Under the pieces are notes generated by a model. The model saw only the letters and a program-made list of their open reading frames with translations. It was not told where the DNA came from and made no database searches. A program made the translations under genes and the position numbers. This document shows, piece by piece, positions 14,591-27,438 of a DNA stretch of 64,000 bases. Location: contig NC_043008.1 of NCBI RefSeq assembly GCF_006345805.1, forward strand, positions 36,456,001 to 36,520,000, written 5' to 3'. Source of the DNA: Octopus sinensis. Taxonomy: Eukaryota. Position 1 is the stretch's first letter. Each line of letters begins with the position of its first letter.

Positions 14591-14900
14591 TATATATGTA
14601 TGTATGTATATATATCACTTCACACAAGTGGCTGTTGCACTGTTTTAGTTCCCCATTTCACTCTTGCAAACGAACGTTCAACCCTTCAACCCGAGGCTGT
14701 AATTTAAGGCATTTAGACATTCGTTTTAGTACTTGTGCTGAGGGATCGGACCTGAAATGGTGTTGTCGCACAGGGAAGTTTTTCAGTTACACAGCCATAC
14801 TGCTCTTTTTTCTACTTTCTATCTCTTTCACTTATAAATATATGAAACGATTAACCACGTGTTTAACAACAGAAGAAACATACCTCTTTCTCAATTATAT

Positions 14901-14985
<85 letters not shown>

Positions 14986-15533
14986 ACATATATTATATAT
15001 ATGTATATATGTGTATATATATATGTGTGTGTGTATGTATGTATATATATACATACACACACATACGCACACAGACATAAATATCCAAGCTCTTACTTCT
15101 GCATACATTGCTTTTTATAGCAGAAACAGGTGTAAGCTAATGGAGTGGTTTGCGTGATTCCTGTTCTCTTGTCATTCTATTAATTAGTATCACACACACA
15201 CACACACACAAACTACGCCTACTCCCCTTATATATATATATATATATATATTGTTGATATTATGAACATTTTATAAAATTTCGTGAGAATGTGAGATAAT
15301 TCTTTGGGAATAGTGGATCTCGATGCACACCACATGCTATTATTTTTTAGCTTTATGCGAAGTGTTTCAAATCCACTATTCCCCAAAAGCATACATACAT
15401 ACATACATACATACATACATACATACATACATACAACATACATACATACATACATACATGTATATATATAGAGAGAGAGAGCGAGAGGGGAGAGAGAGAG
15501 TAGAGAGAGGAGAGAGAGGGGAGAGGAGAGCTA

Positions 15534-15566
<33 letters not shown>

Positions 15567-16798
15567 GAGTGCTTGCTTAGTTCTTTTGATTTGTTTAATG
15601 ACTGTGGTCATGGCCTGTTTCAGACATGCTTCTTTATTGGTCACTGGTATATTGACTTGACATCGGGTATACAAGAGCAGACGATGGAGTTCGGACTGGA
15701 GTATTAATGATTTCACTGAGTTGTTGTTGAATACAGGGAGGGAACTCTTTAGAGTTAATATTCAGTAGCAAGGGAGGTAATTCCGTGTGCCTTCCTGACT
15801 CTATCACCCTTGCTATTATTTTCGGAATCGATTGACTGAAATTGATTTAGGACATAGACTCGTCTCTCCCGGAAATCACTTTTGTCATCTTGCTGTAGGA
15901 TACTGCTTGTTGCTTTAGGATATGCTGTTTTTCCGACTAACACAGCCAGCAATTATGCAGTACACTGAAGGACTGCCAATAATACTAATTGATATTGCTC
16001 AGCAGATATGTACCAGGTCTCTAAGCTTCTAAATGAACCAAGAGAAGGAAGTGAAATGTCTCTTGTCCCTGGACCTAAAGACATGCAGATATCGAATATG
16101 GCTGTCTTTGAAGTTTTTGTTGTACACCTGCATAATTGCTTTGGCTGCTAGATGGACTGGACGAAGCTATATATGTATATGTGTGTGTGTTTGTGTGTGT
16201 TTGGATGTGAGTTTGCATACATACACACACACACACATTTATATATATATATATCACGGCCTTAGAAGCGCTCAATCCCACAGTGGGCAAGTGAATCGAT
16301 CACAGCAATTGCAGGTTGGATAGGCAGATGTAGGGTGTTTTCCGATTGTGACAATGTTGTCCAAACAAAAACTGCTCACATTAACAGTGTGTACATTGAA
16401 AAGTATATGGTGTTTATGTACAGCTGGGAAAGGACGACTTTCGAGAGATAGAACTTTCAAGCAATATTGATTGTGACATCCAAGCCATAAGGTGAGTTAA
16501 ACCAGATGATTTTCCAAAACTTAGTTCCCGTCCGAACCAGATTGCATGGATATAAATTCAGCCTTCTCATTTTTTTATCAACTGATCTTATTTTACCAAA
16601 TACCCTCGCTTTTTGCTTTAGATTTTAAGTCTCTTTAGAACTTTTTGTCTGTTGATTAATCAGATTAATCTCCGCTTCTCGAAAGTTTTAGGATCAAACT
16701 GTTTTCATTTAACGTACACAAGTACAGGTGTTTTTCATCCACCATATTCCTGATATTTATTATTAACTATTTCTTCAATAAGCACGCATGCGTGCTTG

Positions 16799-16839
<41 letters not shown>

Positions 16840-16931
16840 TGATTAGTTTTAGTCTTTATGTCTGACTACTATATATTCTTAGCTGAGGAGGTTTAACAAT
16901 GTCGAAGTATACCATTGGTTTTAAAAGTGGA

Positions 16932-17140
16932 TACGTGTGGCTTAGTGGTTGGGTGTTAGACTGATGATCGTAAGATTGTGGTTTCGATTCCAGACCAGGC
17001 GAATCGTTGTATTCTTGAGTAAAACACTTCATGTAGCATTGTTTTAGCCCACTCAAGTGGCAGCAGAAATGAGTTCATTCTGCGACGGGCCGGCGTCCCA
17101 CCCAAGTGGGGGAGCATAAAACACCACAGAATCCGGAAAA
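16932..17140 (+). mobile_element. Family A-related SINE
   Basis: CGTGTGGCTTAGTGGTT..GATCGTAAGATTGTGGTTTCGATTCCAGACC..CTGCGACGGGCCGGCGTCCC. Confidence 0.75.
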
Positions 17141-18309
17141 CCGACTCTTTGAGTCGGAGCTTTAACTGACTTTGAAAGCCAGGTTCACGCCGACCGTCAT
17201 TGTTCGTGTCAGAATTTCTCAAACGACATGGGGATGTTGCGACTGCATTAGACGCTAACAAATTATTATGTCTAGTGATATTAAGACTTTCACTTATTCA
17301 ACAGAATGACATAAAAAAGAATTATATGAATGCGAGCTCTTTTTCGTTTAAAGATAACAAAAAAAAAATTCCAAGTTTTTTCTGTTGGAAGAAGGCCTGA
17401 TATTAGTTATTCAAGAACTGCTGAACTATATTATCAAATAATTTGACCAACTGATCGTATTAGATTTGTTGGGTTGTTCCAGATTTTAAACAACTCCTAA
17501 TGGAAAATTTTGTATCCTAATGGCTTGGATAGTCTCAGTTAATTTTCAGCTATTTTTCAGTTCACTGTATTACGTTTGTGAGACACTTTCATATTTGTAT
17601 TTAGCATATAGGGTGTTTACATAAGATTTGTACACACACACACAGGCACACGTATGTACATATATGAGCATATACACACACATACACACACACGTGTATA
17701 TCTATTTGAGTATATGTGTGTGTGTGTGTGCGTACGTGAGTATATCTACGTATATGTATATATGCGCGTGTTTGTGTATATATATATATGTATATATGCG
17801 CGTGTTTGTGTATATATATATGTGTGTGTTGTGGGGTGGGTGTAATAATAATAAAGGATTAATAAATCCAGGCAAATATCTATAAAGCACTCAAGGCTAA
17901 ACAAATTTGGTTAATTATATGAAACAATCAGATACCAAAAGATTGAAGTAGAATTAATATCGAAGAAAATCAATAATGTATGAGAAGTAAATCCAAATTT
18001 GCAGGTTCTTTATGTTGTATTCCTTTATATGCCATAACTTAGCGCACCGAAACAAACAGGGGGTTGATCAAATTAGTTGTTTACTGAAAAGGAACTGGGC
18101 TCATTATGACTGATGAAAAACCTTCGAAATTGATGCCACAGCAAGGTCGCAGTCCTATAACAGAAATTAGAAGAATTCTGGGCAAATCGCATGATTTTGT
18201 CATTAAGAAGTTCGTTTATGAACCAAGTGGTTCAAGGTTCAATCCTATAGAGCAGTGTGTTAGGCAAATGTCTTCTACTGTACATTCAGGTTGATCAATG
18301 TGACCAATG

Positions 18310-18344
<35 letters not shown>

Positions 18345-18417
18345 GGAATATTATTCCAAACTTACAGGGAAAAATTTTTTAATATTGAATTGATAAAAGG
18401 TGTTTTTTTAAATTTAT

Positions 18418-18455
<38 letters not shown>

Positions 18456-18506
18456 TATATATACTATATATATATATATATATATTACACACACACTTCT
18501 AATAAA

Positions 18507-18825
18507 GAAAAAAAATTTTTATCAGTGGCCAGCATATAAAATAAGGGAAAAAGAAAAATAATTCTATGCTAATATGCTGAAAAATAGACTTTGGGTCGTC
18601 TAACTACATGCAATATTTTTCACTATCGTGTTCCTCACTGATGAAGGAAGAATCCTTTTGGATTAATCCAGAATAGGTCCGATTCAGGGATAACGGAATC
18701 TACAAAAAATTCTGTTGCTTTTCTCGTTTCAACACGCTGTGTATTTATAGTGAAAAATACTGTATGTGGTTAGACGATCTGAAGTCTGTTTTTCAGCATA
18801 TTGGCATACAAAAATTTTTTTTTGC

Positions 18826-18830
<5 letters not shown>
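18507..18830 (+). mobile_element. ORF-less Penelope pLTR-like fold-back element, family E copy 1
   Basis: Inverted arms 18542-18626 and 18747-18830 flank a hammerhead-like motif; homologous to 33780-34470; bounded by (TA)n. Confidence 0.65.
18631..18690 (+). ncRNA. Degenerate minimal type-I hammerhead ribozyme motif
   Basis: CTGATGA (18638-44), A, stem II GGA-AG-AATCC-TTTT-GGATT-AA-TCC, A-GAA-TAG-GTC (one core A missing). Confidence 0.5.
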
Positions 18831-18888
<58 letters not shown>

Positions 18889-19965
18889 CACATATATACC
18901 TATATATATATAATATATATATATATATACATATATATACACATATATATATATGTATATATATACATACATACTTAAATACTTATTATATATATATATT
19001 ATATATAGATATATATGTATATATATATATATACATACACACACACACACATATATATATATTTAAATATATCTGTATGCATATATATCTACATATGTGA
19101 GAAATTCTGTCTGTGGATGTGTTTGTGGAGTTGTTAGCTAACTCCTACATCGTTTAATCGATTTTAATAAAACTTGACACGTGAGTAGAACTCATGTCCG
19201 GAAACCTCGTAGCATACTCAGATTGTTGAATAAATAGAGCCCCTGGAAGGGATCATTTTAACAGCCAAAGAAAAATAACCTATTCACCCCTGGAAGGGAT
19301 CCTTCTATATAACTAATATATTTCATTTTAACAGCCAAGGGAAATAACCCATTCATTTTCTTAAATTATTTGGTATAAATCAAATTGAGTATGCTTATTT
19401 TTTAATATTTGAACTGTTAGAGTTATTTTCGCAATTTATCCAGTACAACCCTTAAGCAACTAAATAGTATTTTCCTAAACAATAGATCCACTTATTTCGG
19501 TTAGTGACTTATTCACAAATACACCAACACTAGCGACGCTGAGGGTAATATTCTTTTGGGACGCACAGAGTTATCTAGTTTGAATTGTTATTATCTCGTA
19601 TCTGATTAGCATGTTATTACGTCACATGCTTCACGATTTTAGCATACATACCATATTAGTATTTCCTCCTAAGTTCTATATACTCTAGGAACGCATTAAA
19701 GCCCTTTTCGGGGCTACTCTATTTGAATTCTTATTATCGAGTAACTAATTTCATGTTATTACATAACTGACTTCACAATTTTGGTATTCATAACTTATTG
19801 GGAATTCCTAAAAGCAAGATCCTGTGTAAGGCAGTTCGATATTCTCTGTAAATGCCTCAAAACGGTTTAAGGGCTACATACTTTGTATTGTTGTTATTGG
19901 ATAAGCGAAATAATTATTAGAACGGAACACGGCATAAGCCCCGCTTTCCCGGGAATCAGCTAGGG

Positions 19966-20009
<44 letters not shown>

Positions 20010-20023
<14 letters not shown>

Positions 20024-20521
20024 TATAGTTGTGTGAGTGTCTGTCCCCTTCGATTTAGATTCCTAACTACTCCCACATTCTGCGGTGCAGTTTAACCAAA
20101 TTCGGGTATCTTATAGTCGTGATTCATATCAAGCCCGTCTGAGTATTAGCGCGCGTCTACGATGAGTCTACGATTTTTAAAATAATTTAACATAATTTTT
20201 TATTCCATTTTAATGCATAATTTTTCGTGTGTCGATGGCGGCGGAGTTGGCGTCCACGCTCACAGCTGCACCTGTGTTGCTCTTCCCCCTTCTTCCCTCC
20301 CTCGTGAAGCTGTGGGGAAGAGAGTGTAAGGAAATCAACGTCGTAAAGCGTTGTCAAGGAGACCAGCGTTCTTTTAGAACAACGACTTCATGTCTTGAAG
20401 ACACCAAAACAGAAATGGCTAAGAAAGCCCGAATTGGCATCTATAAGGGAAGTAACTCTCTAAAAATGCTTATATAGTTATTTCCCTTACAAACCCGAGC
20501 AACGCCGGGCGATACTGCTAG
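20010..20521 (+). mobile_element. Non-autonomous Helitron-like element
   Basis: (TA)n-AAAACT start; subterminal hairpin CCCGAGCAACGCCGGG (20494-20509) then CTAG at 20518-21, followed by T. Confidence 0.75.
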
Positions 20522-20639
20522 TATATATATATATATAAGCAAAGTTGCTAGTTCTAAAATCTTTATAAGAGATATAAGTAGTAATTCTACTGAAAAGTAA
20601 TAGTTATTTTCACCTCAACGTGGATATATGTGTATATAT

Positions 20640-20760
20640 ATGAAGAACGTAGGCTCGAAATGTTAAAGACTTTTTCACTTCCCGGGCGTTAAACTAATAC
20701 ATCTGTTTGTTGTCTACACCATCTGTCTTCGTCTTTTGTTTTTTCGTGAATTCTCCCTAT
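20640..20760 (+). repeat. Family D repeat (hammerhead-like)
   Basis: TGAAGAACGTAGGCTCGAAATGTTAAAGACTTTTTCACTTCCCGGGCG, reverse-complement match to 2690-2790. Confidence 0.7.
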
Positions 20761-21459
20761 ATACATATGCATGTGTGTATGTATGCATGCGTGTGTGTGT
20801 GTGTGTATATGAGTAGTATAAGATATGGAATCAGTGAATCGTGCAGCCATCACAGTATCACGGTAAGCTCCTCTTATGATCCCACCTATCAGTCAACATA
20901 GTAATCAATGTAGTGTAATATCAAGTATCCGTAAAAATGAAAATCTAGAAAATTCGACCAATGGAATCATTCTGTGAAGAGTATATAAAAAAATTAAATC
21001 AGGAGGCTTGAGAGGTCTCTGTACATTTATCTAACCACATGGCTTCCATAGCGTTACGACTGTTTCGTAACTTTATTCGTACAGTATTGATTTCCGTATG
21101 TAAGAAATTATACGTACCTGTTATAGATATGTATACAACATATACATACATAAATATGTACACACACTCACACACACACATACACTTTTATATATTGCAA
21201 TTTAACTTTAAATCGTATTACAAATGTTCAGTATTTAGAACTCCGTATGTATGCCTATTTTTCCAAAGGAATTTCGGTGATTACTTGTATTGTAGTTCTT
21301 GAATCTTCTGACTGGAATCTGCAGTTGTGTTGGCCACAGACTACATACAGAAAGTAAAGTGAAACAGGATATTATTTATTTTTGTTTATATGTTATTTAC
21401 CAACGAAATATTTTACAAACTTCAACGTTATTTACTTTCTACGTGTACCTTTATTAGTA

Positions 21460-22461
21460 TCGGGTCATCTCAGATAATGCGGTTTTTTTATACTCTCCTT
21501 CATTTTCTACAATGTTCTTCCATCTATATTGTAAACTTGCAATTCCCTTCTTCCAAAATTCCCTTGTCCGTGATGAAAAATACTCCTCTAGCACTATTCT
21601 GACTTCGTCTACAGAATTCATATTTTTCCGTCCGAATGACTCTGAAGATTGCGGAATAAATGATAATCAGATGGAGCAACGTCCGGCGAATATGGTCGGT
21701 GGGGTATCGTTTCTCATTCAAACTGCTCTAGCCTTTGGAATGTCATCTTCACTGTATGTGGCCGAGCATTATCCTGATGGAAGAACATCTTTCCTCTTGA
21801 AACCAAAGACGGTCGTTTTTCTTTTCGCGCTGACTTGAATGACTGATTGAATGGCCAAATCCAAGCTTCTCTGCTAGTTCCTCAATAGTTAGAATGAGAT
21901 TTTGTTCCATCAGGGTTTGCAGGACGTTCTCGTCGAGCTCTACAAATCTTCCAGGACGCTGTTCGTTGGTTTACACTTATTGTCCGATCCCCGTATACTG
22001 TATTAATATTCCTCGCACTTTCCATTTCGTTGTTGCCTTTATTGAACGCATAAAGCAAAATATGCCGAAGATGCTCCTTTGTTACTTCCATTATAGCTTT
22101 ACTCTTTACTTGTTTCAGTCATTTGAATGTAGCCATGCTGGAGCACCGCCTTTAGTCAAACAAATTGACCCAAGGACTTATTCTTTGTAAGCCTAGTACT
22201 TATTCTATCGGTCTCTTTTGCCGAACCGCTAAGTTACGAGTAGGTAAACACAGCAGCATCGGTTGTCAAGCGATGTTGGGGGGACAAACACAGACATACA
22301 AACATATACACACACATATCTATCTATCTATCTATTATCATCTATCTATCTATCTATCTATCTATCTACTATCTAGATATACTATCTATCATATATCTAA
22401 TATCTCTCTCTTCACTCTCTCTTTCTCTCTCTCTCATCCCTCTCTCTCTCTCTCTCTCTAT

Positions 22462-22500
<39 letters not shown>

Positions 22501-22502
22501 TA

Positions 22503-22544
<42 letters not shown>

Positions 22545-22790
22545 ATATATATATACATACATATATACGACAGGCTTCTTTCAGTTTCCGTCTACCAAAT
22601 CCACTCACAAGGCGTTGGAAAAATAACTGTTAAAATCGAATTGAACTCTTCGAAACTTGCACTAAGAATAAGTATAAGGTAAAATTACTACCTGCTTTTA
22701 TAGCAAGTTGATGCATGTAGTTTATCCCGTCCCCCTCCGACTTTTAGTTCATACAGTTGAAAAAGCCGCATTATTTATGAGAAGACTCAA
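21460..22790 (-). mobile_element. Internally deleted mariner transposon (pseudo-transposase) with nested family C SINE at 22097-22617
   Basis: N-terminus MEVTKEHLRHILLYAFNKG (22091 down) and C-terminal HQDNARPH and PYSPDVAPSDYHLF motifs (~21770-21500). Imperfect TIRs at 21460-21487 and 22761-22790 flanked by TA. Confidence 0.9.
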
Positions 22791-23480
22791 TATAATTTGA
22801 TATTTGTTACTTAAATCTGTCATTAGACATCGGTCTTGGTGAAGAAGCACCTTGAAGAGTTTAATCTAGCAAATTGCACACCCCAACGCCCCACGCCAAC
22901 GATAGTCCCTATCGTTTTCTTTTTAATCTAGCACGTATGTTATCGGGTTCTTATGCGGAGCCGCTAGTCACGGGGACACAAGCAAAATAATATTGGGTGT
23001 TAAGCGGCAAAAGTTAGGAATAAACACAATAACACGCACACATGCGACTCGATGGTATAATAGAAGGCACTTGACTAACGTGCTGCGCATTTGCACTGAA
23101 TTGCAAAACCATTTGGTTGCCAAGCGAATTTCATAATTACGCCGCTACATCATACAGCCATTCACAAACACACACGTTTGTGTGTGTGTATTTTACATAA
23201 TACCTACCTACATACATACATATATGCATACATGCATAGTGATCACTTCTAAGTCTTTCCAGTATGTTTCGTGAAGGAGGTCTAATACGATCGAAACATG
23301 CCCCTTGTTTTCACCATGTTTTTAAAAACCAGATGCTGTATCAATATCATCGTTGTTTATATTGTCCATAACTTTCGATCAAATGATATTTTTGGACTTT
23401 TCTCTTCTCGTTTTATTATATATATATAATATATATATATATTTATAGGTAGATATATTATATGTATATATATATATATA

Positions 23481-23535
<55 letters not shown>

Positions 23536-24349
23536 AATTCAAACATATCTAGGGACAGTTTTTTCACTACAAATTATTTAGATTATCTTAGTTGAATGAT
23601 TCTTATATTGGAGAGGAGAGAGAGAGAGAGAGAGAGAGAGAATGGGAGGGGAGAAGGAGGAGGAGCCGTGAGAGAGAGAGAGAGAGAGAGTCAACCATAT
23701 CGATAGCTAGACGAAAAGATAGATAGACAAATTGATCGATCGATTGAGCGATAGATGGAGAAGATTTTAGATGAAAGATACGGAGGGAGAGAGATAGAGA
23801 TAGTGAGTAAGAGTAAGAGGGAGAGAGAGGGAGAGACAGAAAGAGAGAGAAACATATATATATATATATGTGTGTGTGTATAGAAAGAAAGAGGGAAAGA
23901 GGTGAATGGAAGACGGATAGTGTCACGTTCGGAAATCGTAAACCAGAAACTTTAAGTAGTGAATTGTAAGATTCAGTAGCGAATTTATAATCTACGATTA
24001 TGTATTAAGTTCATACATTCTGTTTGAATATGTGTGAGAGACTGTGTATGTGTGTGTGTGAGAAAGTGGATGTGTATGTGCGTGCTTTGTATTATAGGAC
24101 AAAGTGTAAGCCTGTTTTCTTCGAACAATACACCGGAGTATTCCTCTATTATAACTAATGTAAACAAATATCTCTCTGATTTGCTTTCTTTGAGTGAACA
24201 AATTGATCTGTTTGACTGGTTTCGGATCTTGTTTGATACTCCTCGGAGATAGAATGTCTGTCTGTCTGTCTGTATATATGCATACCAAGTGGTATGTTTT
24301 TGGGAAAAATGAATTTATAAAGGAAAAAAATTTTTTTCTACGAGCAAAT

Positions 24350-24540
24350 CTGATTTTGATTCGTTAAAAAATTGATGACGTTTTTCTTCCGTGGTCAAAC
24401 TTGTCGTTCGGCTTGGTTGGTTTCCTTACAGGATACAGTTAAGGGTCAGAGCTGATTTTGATTCGTTAAAAAATTGATGACGTTTTTCTTCCGCGGTCAA
24501 GCTTGTCGTTCTACTTGGTTGGTTTCCTTACAGGATACAG
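24350..24540 (+). repeat. ~89-bp direct tandem duplication
   Basis: CTGATTTTGATTCGTTAAAAAATTGATGACG...CCTTACAGGATACAG at ~24350 and ~24452. Confidence 0.9.
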
Positions 24541-25774
24541 ATGAGGGTCTTTACCTTGTATTCGTTGAAGTTTGGTTTTGATTGGTTTGGAATTATGTGA
24601 CGTCAGTGAACAGTGCCAGTGAACCCACCACTTTTTGCTGCTACGATCAACAGTCTCCTCTACTACTAACCCCAACCACCACCAAGGTTGCCAAAATTAC
24701 ACGACCAACTGACTACGACAACAATCACTACTGTTGCTACCATTGGAACACAAAGTAACAAAAAAGCGGTTTCTTTTAATACCAGCAAGAAACAATAATG
24801 GACTTCTTCAATACCACTCAACGGAATATAGCGATTAACAGTAAGAAACGATTATGAACTTTTCAATTTTCACTTGTATAATATTTTTGATAAGGTCGAG
24901 ACCAGTTAGAACCGATTATGAAATTCTCCATTACACTTTTCTTCTCCATTACACTTTTTATATTTTTTAATGATATTTTTTATAAGGTTCGTTTTTTCAA
25001 GAACCGAAACATGTAAAATTCATAAGAAAATTAAAATTTATCTAATATAGTGGCGTTTTCAAACTTCTTTTTTACAAATATATATATATATATATATATG
25101 TATGCACACATATGCAAATATGTTCGTATATATATGCATATATATATACATGCATGCACGCACGCTCACGCACACACACACACACGCACGCATACATATA
25201 CACACATCCATGCACACGTGTATATAAACAAATAAATTACGCATGTGCTTATATATACCTTGTCCATACGCGATCTTTTATATGAAATTTTGACAGTGCA
25301 AGAGAATTATTCAAGCTTGTTCTAGGACAATGATGGTGAATCTATTGCACCTGTATCAGAAGTGACACTCAGCGATGTGCTATGACGTGCTATGAACTTT
25401 GAAAGGAAAATTCTCCCTGAAATATCATGTTACAAAAAATTTGTATGAATGCGTTTCGATTTCCAGCATTTTAGTTTTAACATTGTGTAATTTATGAAAT
25501 GTGGACGTGAGTGAAGCGTTCATTGGCTTTAGATTGCTCAAGTCCCAAGTTTCGATCGTTGGCACATAACGAAAACAGGAAGGAAGACAATAGCATTTAT
25601 TTGTGTGAGTTGATTGTATTCTGGCCTCGGTAAAATCCTGATTTGTATCATCTGGCTACCAATTCGTGAAGGGAGATGTTCTGACCATTGAAGTGGATTC
25701 AAACGTTTGTACTTGCTTTGCACAGAAATTATTGTTGGTTGTGGTAGTAGTAGTTGTTGTTGTTGTTGTAGTAG

Positions 25775-26159
25775 GTAGGAGCACTCCGTCGGTTACGACG
25801 ACGAGGGTTCCGGTTGATCCGATCAACGGAACAGCCTGCTCGTGAAATTAACGTGTAAGTGGCTGAGCACTCCACAGACACGTGCACCCTTAACGTAGTT
25901 CTCGGGGATATTCAGCGTGACACAGAGAGTGACAACGCCGGCCCTTTGAAATACAGGTACAACAGAAACAGGAAGTAAGAGTGAGAGAAAGTTGTGGTGA
26001 AAGAGTACAGCAGGGATCACCACCATCCCTGCCGGAGCCTCGTGGAGCTTTTAGGTGTTTTCGCTCAATAAACACTCACAACGCCCGGTCTGGGAATCGA
26101 AACCGCGATCCTACGACCGCGAGTCCGCTGCCCTAACCACTGGGCCATTGCGCCTCCAC
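25775..26159 (-). mobile_element. Full-length family A SINE
   Basis: Complete head-to-tail copy with few mutations, flanked by (GTT/GTA)n. Confidence 0.92.
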
Positions 26160-26242
26160 TGTTGTTGTAGTATCAGGTTAGAAAGCCGGAGGTTCTGATC
26201 CGGATTGATTATAGTTTTTGCTCCCTAGTTTTTCTCTCGCAG

Positions 26243-26310
26243 GTAGTGAAGCAATTTACTTGGAGCTGGGATCTGTAGTTCTGAACAGGGACCCATACTT
26301 AGATAGAATC
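26243..26310 (+). CDS. Candidate internal coding exon of an unidentified host gene (xSEAIYLELGSVVLNRDPYLDRI)
   Basis: Strong acceptor TTTTTCTCTCGCAG and donor ATC|GTAAAG; 68 nt, open frame, phase 1 in and phase 0 out. No homology recognised. Confidence 0.4.
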
Positions 26311-26853
26311 GTAAAGCCGTAGCAGCAATAACAACGACACTTATAATAATGATTTTTACAATTAGCATATCACCACAATATTTCAGGAAACAGAACTGTC
26401 GAGTCACTTGGCTCGATTAGAATATGTTTCAACAACCCCGGAAATATAAACGATAAAATCCATACAGGCAGAATTTGAGATGAAAACGAAGGGACAAAAT
26501 TATATACAGCAATAGACAGTAGATTGACAGAATAGTTCGATGCTTCGAACAAAACGCTTGCGTTCATTTAGTAGCAAATTTTTACGCTCTGAATTCAGAT
26601 CTTTCTGATCTTAAATTTATTTGCTTTTCATTCAGTTGGAGTCTATAAAATATGCAGTCGTGTCTTTGATTTAATATTCCTATAAAACATCTTAAACATG
26701 GATGGAATTATAATACAAAACTCAAATGTCTTCCTCTAATACACTGCCTTAACAACCACGATGCCAACATCATTAGTGCTTTCTTTATTAGCCACGACGT
26801 TTGACTAAAAAGACCGAGGATGGTATGGGACAATACAGTGTGGGGTTATATAT

Positions 26854-26891
<38 letters not shown>

Positions 26892-27030
26892 GGTCCCGGG
26901 TTGAGTCGGGGTTAACCACAGTAAATAAGGTACTCAATACATAGCAGAGTAAATTAATTTATTTTATAGAAGGAGCTTCTACAGGACTAGAACTGTTTCA
27001 TTCAAATGAAATCATCATATATGAAATCAT

Positions 27031-27089
<59 letters not shown>

Positions 27090-27309
27090 AATACATACGT
27101 ACATAAATACATACATACATATATATATATGTATATTACATATATATATATATAAACAAGTGAAATGACAAATAAAAATAAAACAAACAAAAATTTTCCA
27201 AATGTAAGTAGACTTCCGTTGGCTGATGATGGGAAATCCTACCAAAACAACAGGTACGCTGGTGACAAAATTAAACGTTTTCTGCCATTTGTTCTCCTTC
27301 AATCTCCAG

Positions 27310-27438
27310 GCGCATGCTCAGAGCAAACCCGTTCACTTGGACAACGCTTACCACTGTCATCCACCATTCAGCGAATTTGCTCAGAGGCAACACTTCCCTC
27401 CCCACAACAACAGTCACGATATAGTCGACGCTCCATAA
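27310..27438 (+). CDS. Candidate terminal coding exon (AHAQSKPVHLDNAYHCHPPFSEFAQRQHFPPHNNSHDIVDAP*)
   Basis: Acceptor TTGTTCTCCTTCAATCTCCAG; phase 0, compatible with 26243-26310; non-repetitive and GC-richer than flanks. Confidence 0.4.
   Translation, partial: AHAQSKPVHLDNAYHCHPPFSEFAQRQHFPPHNNSHDIVDAP

Noticed and set aside
16424-16491. Possible exon LGKDDFREIELSSNIDCDIQAI with AAG|GTGAGT donor
   Set aside because: It overlaps the opposite strand of a probable decayed TE ORF, and no phase-compatible partner exon was found. Unresolved without RNA data.
25650-25720. Peptide GYQFVKGDVLTIEVD, loosely MATH-domain-like
   Set aside because: There is an in-frame stop just upstream and no AG acceptor between the stop and the peptide.
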